The notes under the pieces were generated by a model. The model did not search any database. It saw only the letters and a list, made by a program, of their open reading frames with translations, and was not told the DNA's origin. Both the position numbers and the translations under genes were made by a program. A DNA stretch of 61,699 nt, from NCBI GenBank assembly GCA_964397205.1, contig CAYNIT010000001.1, forward strand, positions 1 through 61,699, written 5' to 3'. Positions 61,275-61,699 of the stretch are shown one piece after another. How positions within the stretch are numbered: the stretch's first letter is position 1; each line of letters begins with the position of its first letter. This stretch comes from an uncultured Phaeodactylibacter sp. GTDB taxonomy: Bacteria; Bacteroidota; Bacteroidia; Chitinophagales; Saprospiraceae.

Positions 61275-61699
61275 ATGAAGCCATTATTTCTGGGCCTGGC
61301 GTTTTTGGCGGGTACTGCGCTACATGCAAAGGCACAGCGGCCTGAAGCCAGCATTGAACCTATTGAGATTGAGTACCAGGGAAAAACCGTGAAGGCGCGC
61401 TGCCTGCGGGTGCAGTCCGAAATACCGATGCCGGCGGGGCAGGTTTGGGCCAATGTACAAACGCCTGCCCTGTTGCAATTCGTAGCAAAGGGCATGATAC
61501 GCTTTAAACCGGAAGGAGGCGGCTTTCCGCCAAAGTGGGAAGCAGGGGAGACTTACGGTACTAAAATGCGGCTGTGGGGATTTATACCCTTTGGCGGCAC
61601 GCACCACTTGTCGGTCGAACGCATCGAGCAGGATAGTTTTACCATCTCCACCCATGAGTGGGACCGGCGGGCAAAAGTCTGGAAGCACGAAATTACGCT
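61275..61699 (+). CDS. Secreted SRPBCC/START-like protein, 3' end runs off the window
   Basis: Hand translation MKPLFLGLAFLAGTALHAKAQ...QVWANVQTPALLQFV...MRLWGFIPFGG.H...WKHEI, open to the window end. Confidence 0.65.
   Translation, partial: MKPLFLGLAFLAGTALHAKAQRPEASIEPIEIEYQGKTVKARCLRVQSEIPMPAGQVWANVQTPALLQFVAKGMIRFKPEGGGFPPKWEAGETYGTKMRLWGFIPFGGTHHLSVERIEQDSFTISTHEWDRRAKVWKHEIT

Overview
A GC-rich chromosomal segment from a Bacteroidota genome, most likely Saprospirales (Lewinellaceae/Phaeodactylibacter-like). This placement is inferred from TAnnTTTG promoters, T9SS C-terminal domains, the pssA-purS-rsmI synteny and a Bacteroidota-type V-ATPase. The left half is mostly housekeeping: mreBCD-mrdA, an M16 peptidase subunit, dnaN, nadD, a NatAB-like ABC pair, ABC-F, Prc, a Na+-type membrane pyrophosphatase, ybfF and hemW. 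The middle holds secreted and T9SS-cargo genes, a transmembrane TPR-LuxR regulator and rpsU. The right end carries a tightly packed 10-gene run that joins a di-heme succinate dehydrogenase/fumarate reductase (sdhCAB) directly to a Na+-type V/A-ATPase (E, DUF2764, A, B, D, I, K). This run sits behind Crp/Fnr-type palindromes and is followed by a TRIC pseudogene and a Crp/Fnr regulator with its own box. Other notable items are two metalloprotease-like proteins with broken zinc motifs, a decaying purS, a secreted protein of four tandem unnamed ~130-aa domains, a putative wHTH-TPR regulator facing a Kazal-dockerin-cohesin T9SS cargo, two MITE-like palindromic elements and a candidate sRNA. I found no rRNA, tRNA, CRISPR array, transposase or prophage. 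All calls are by eye from motifs; no database searches were run.
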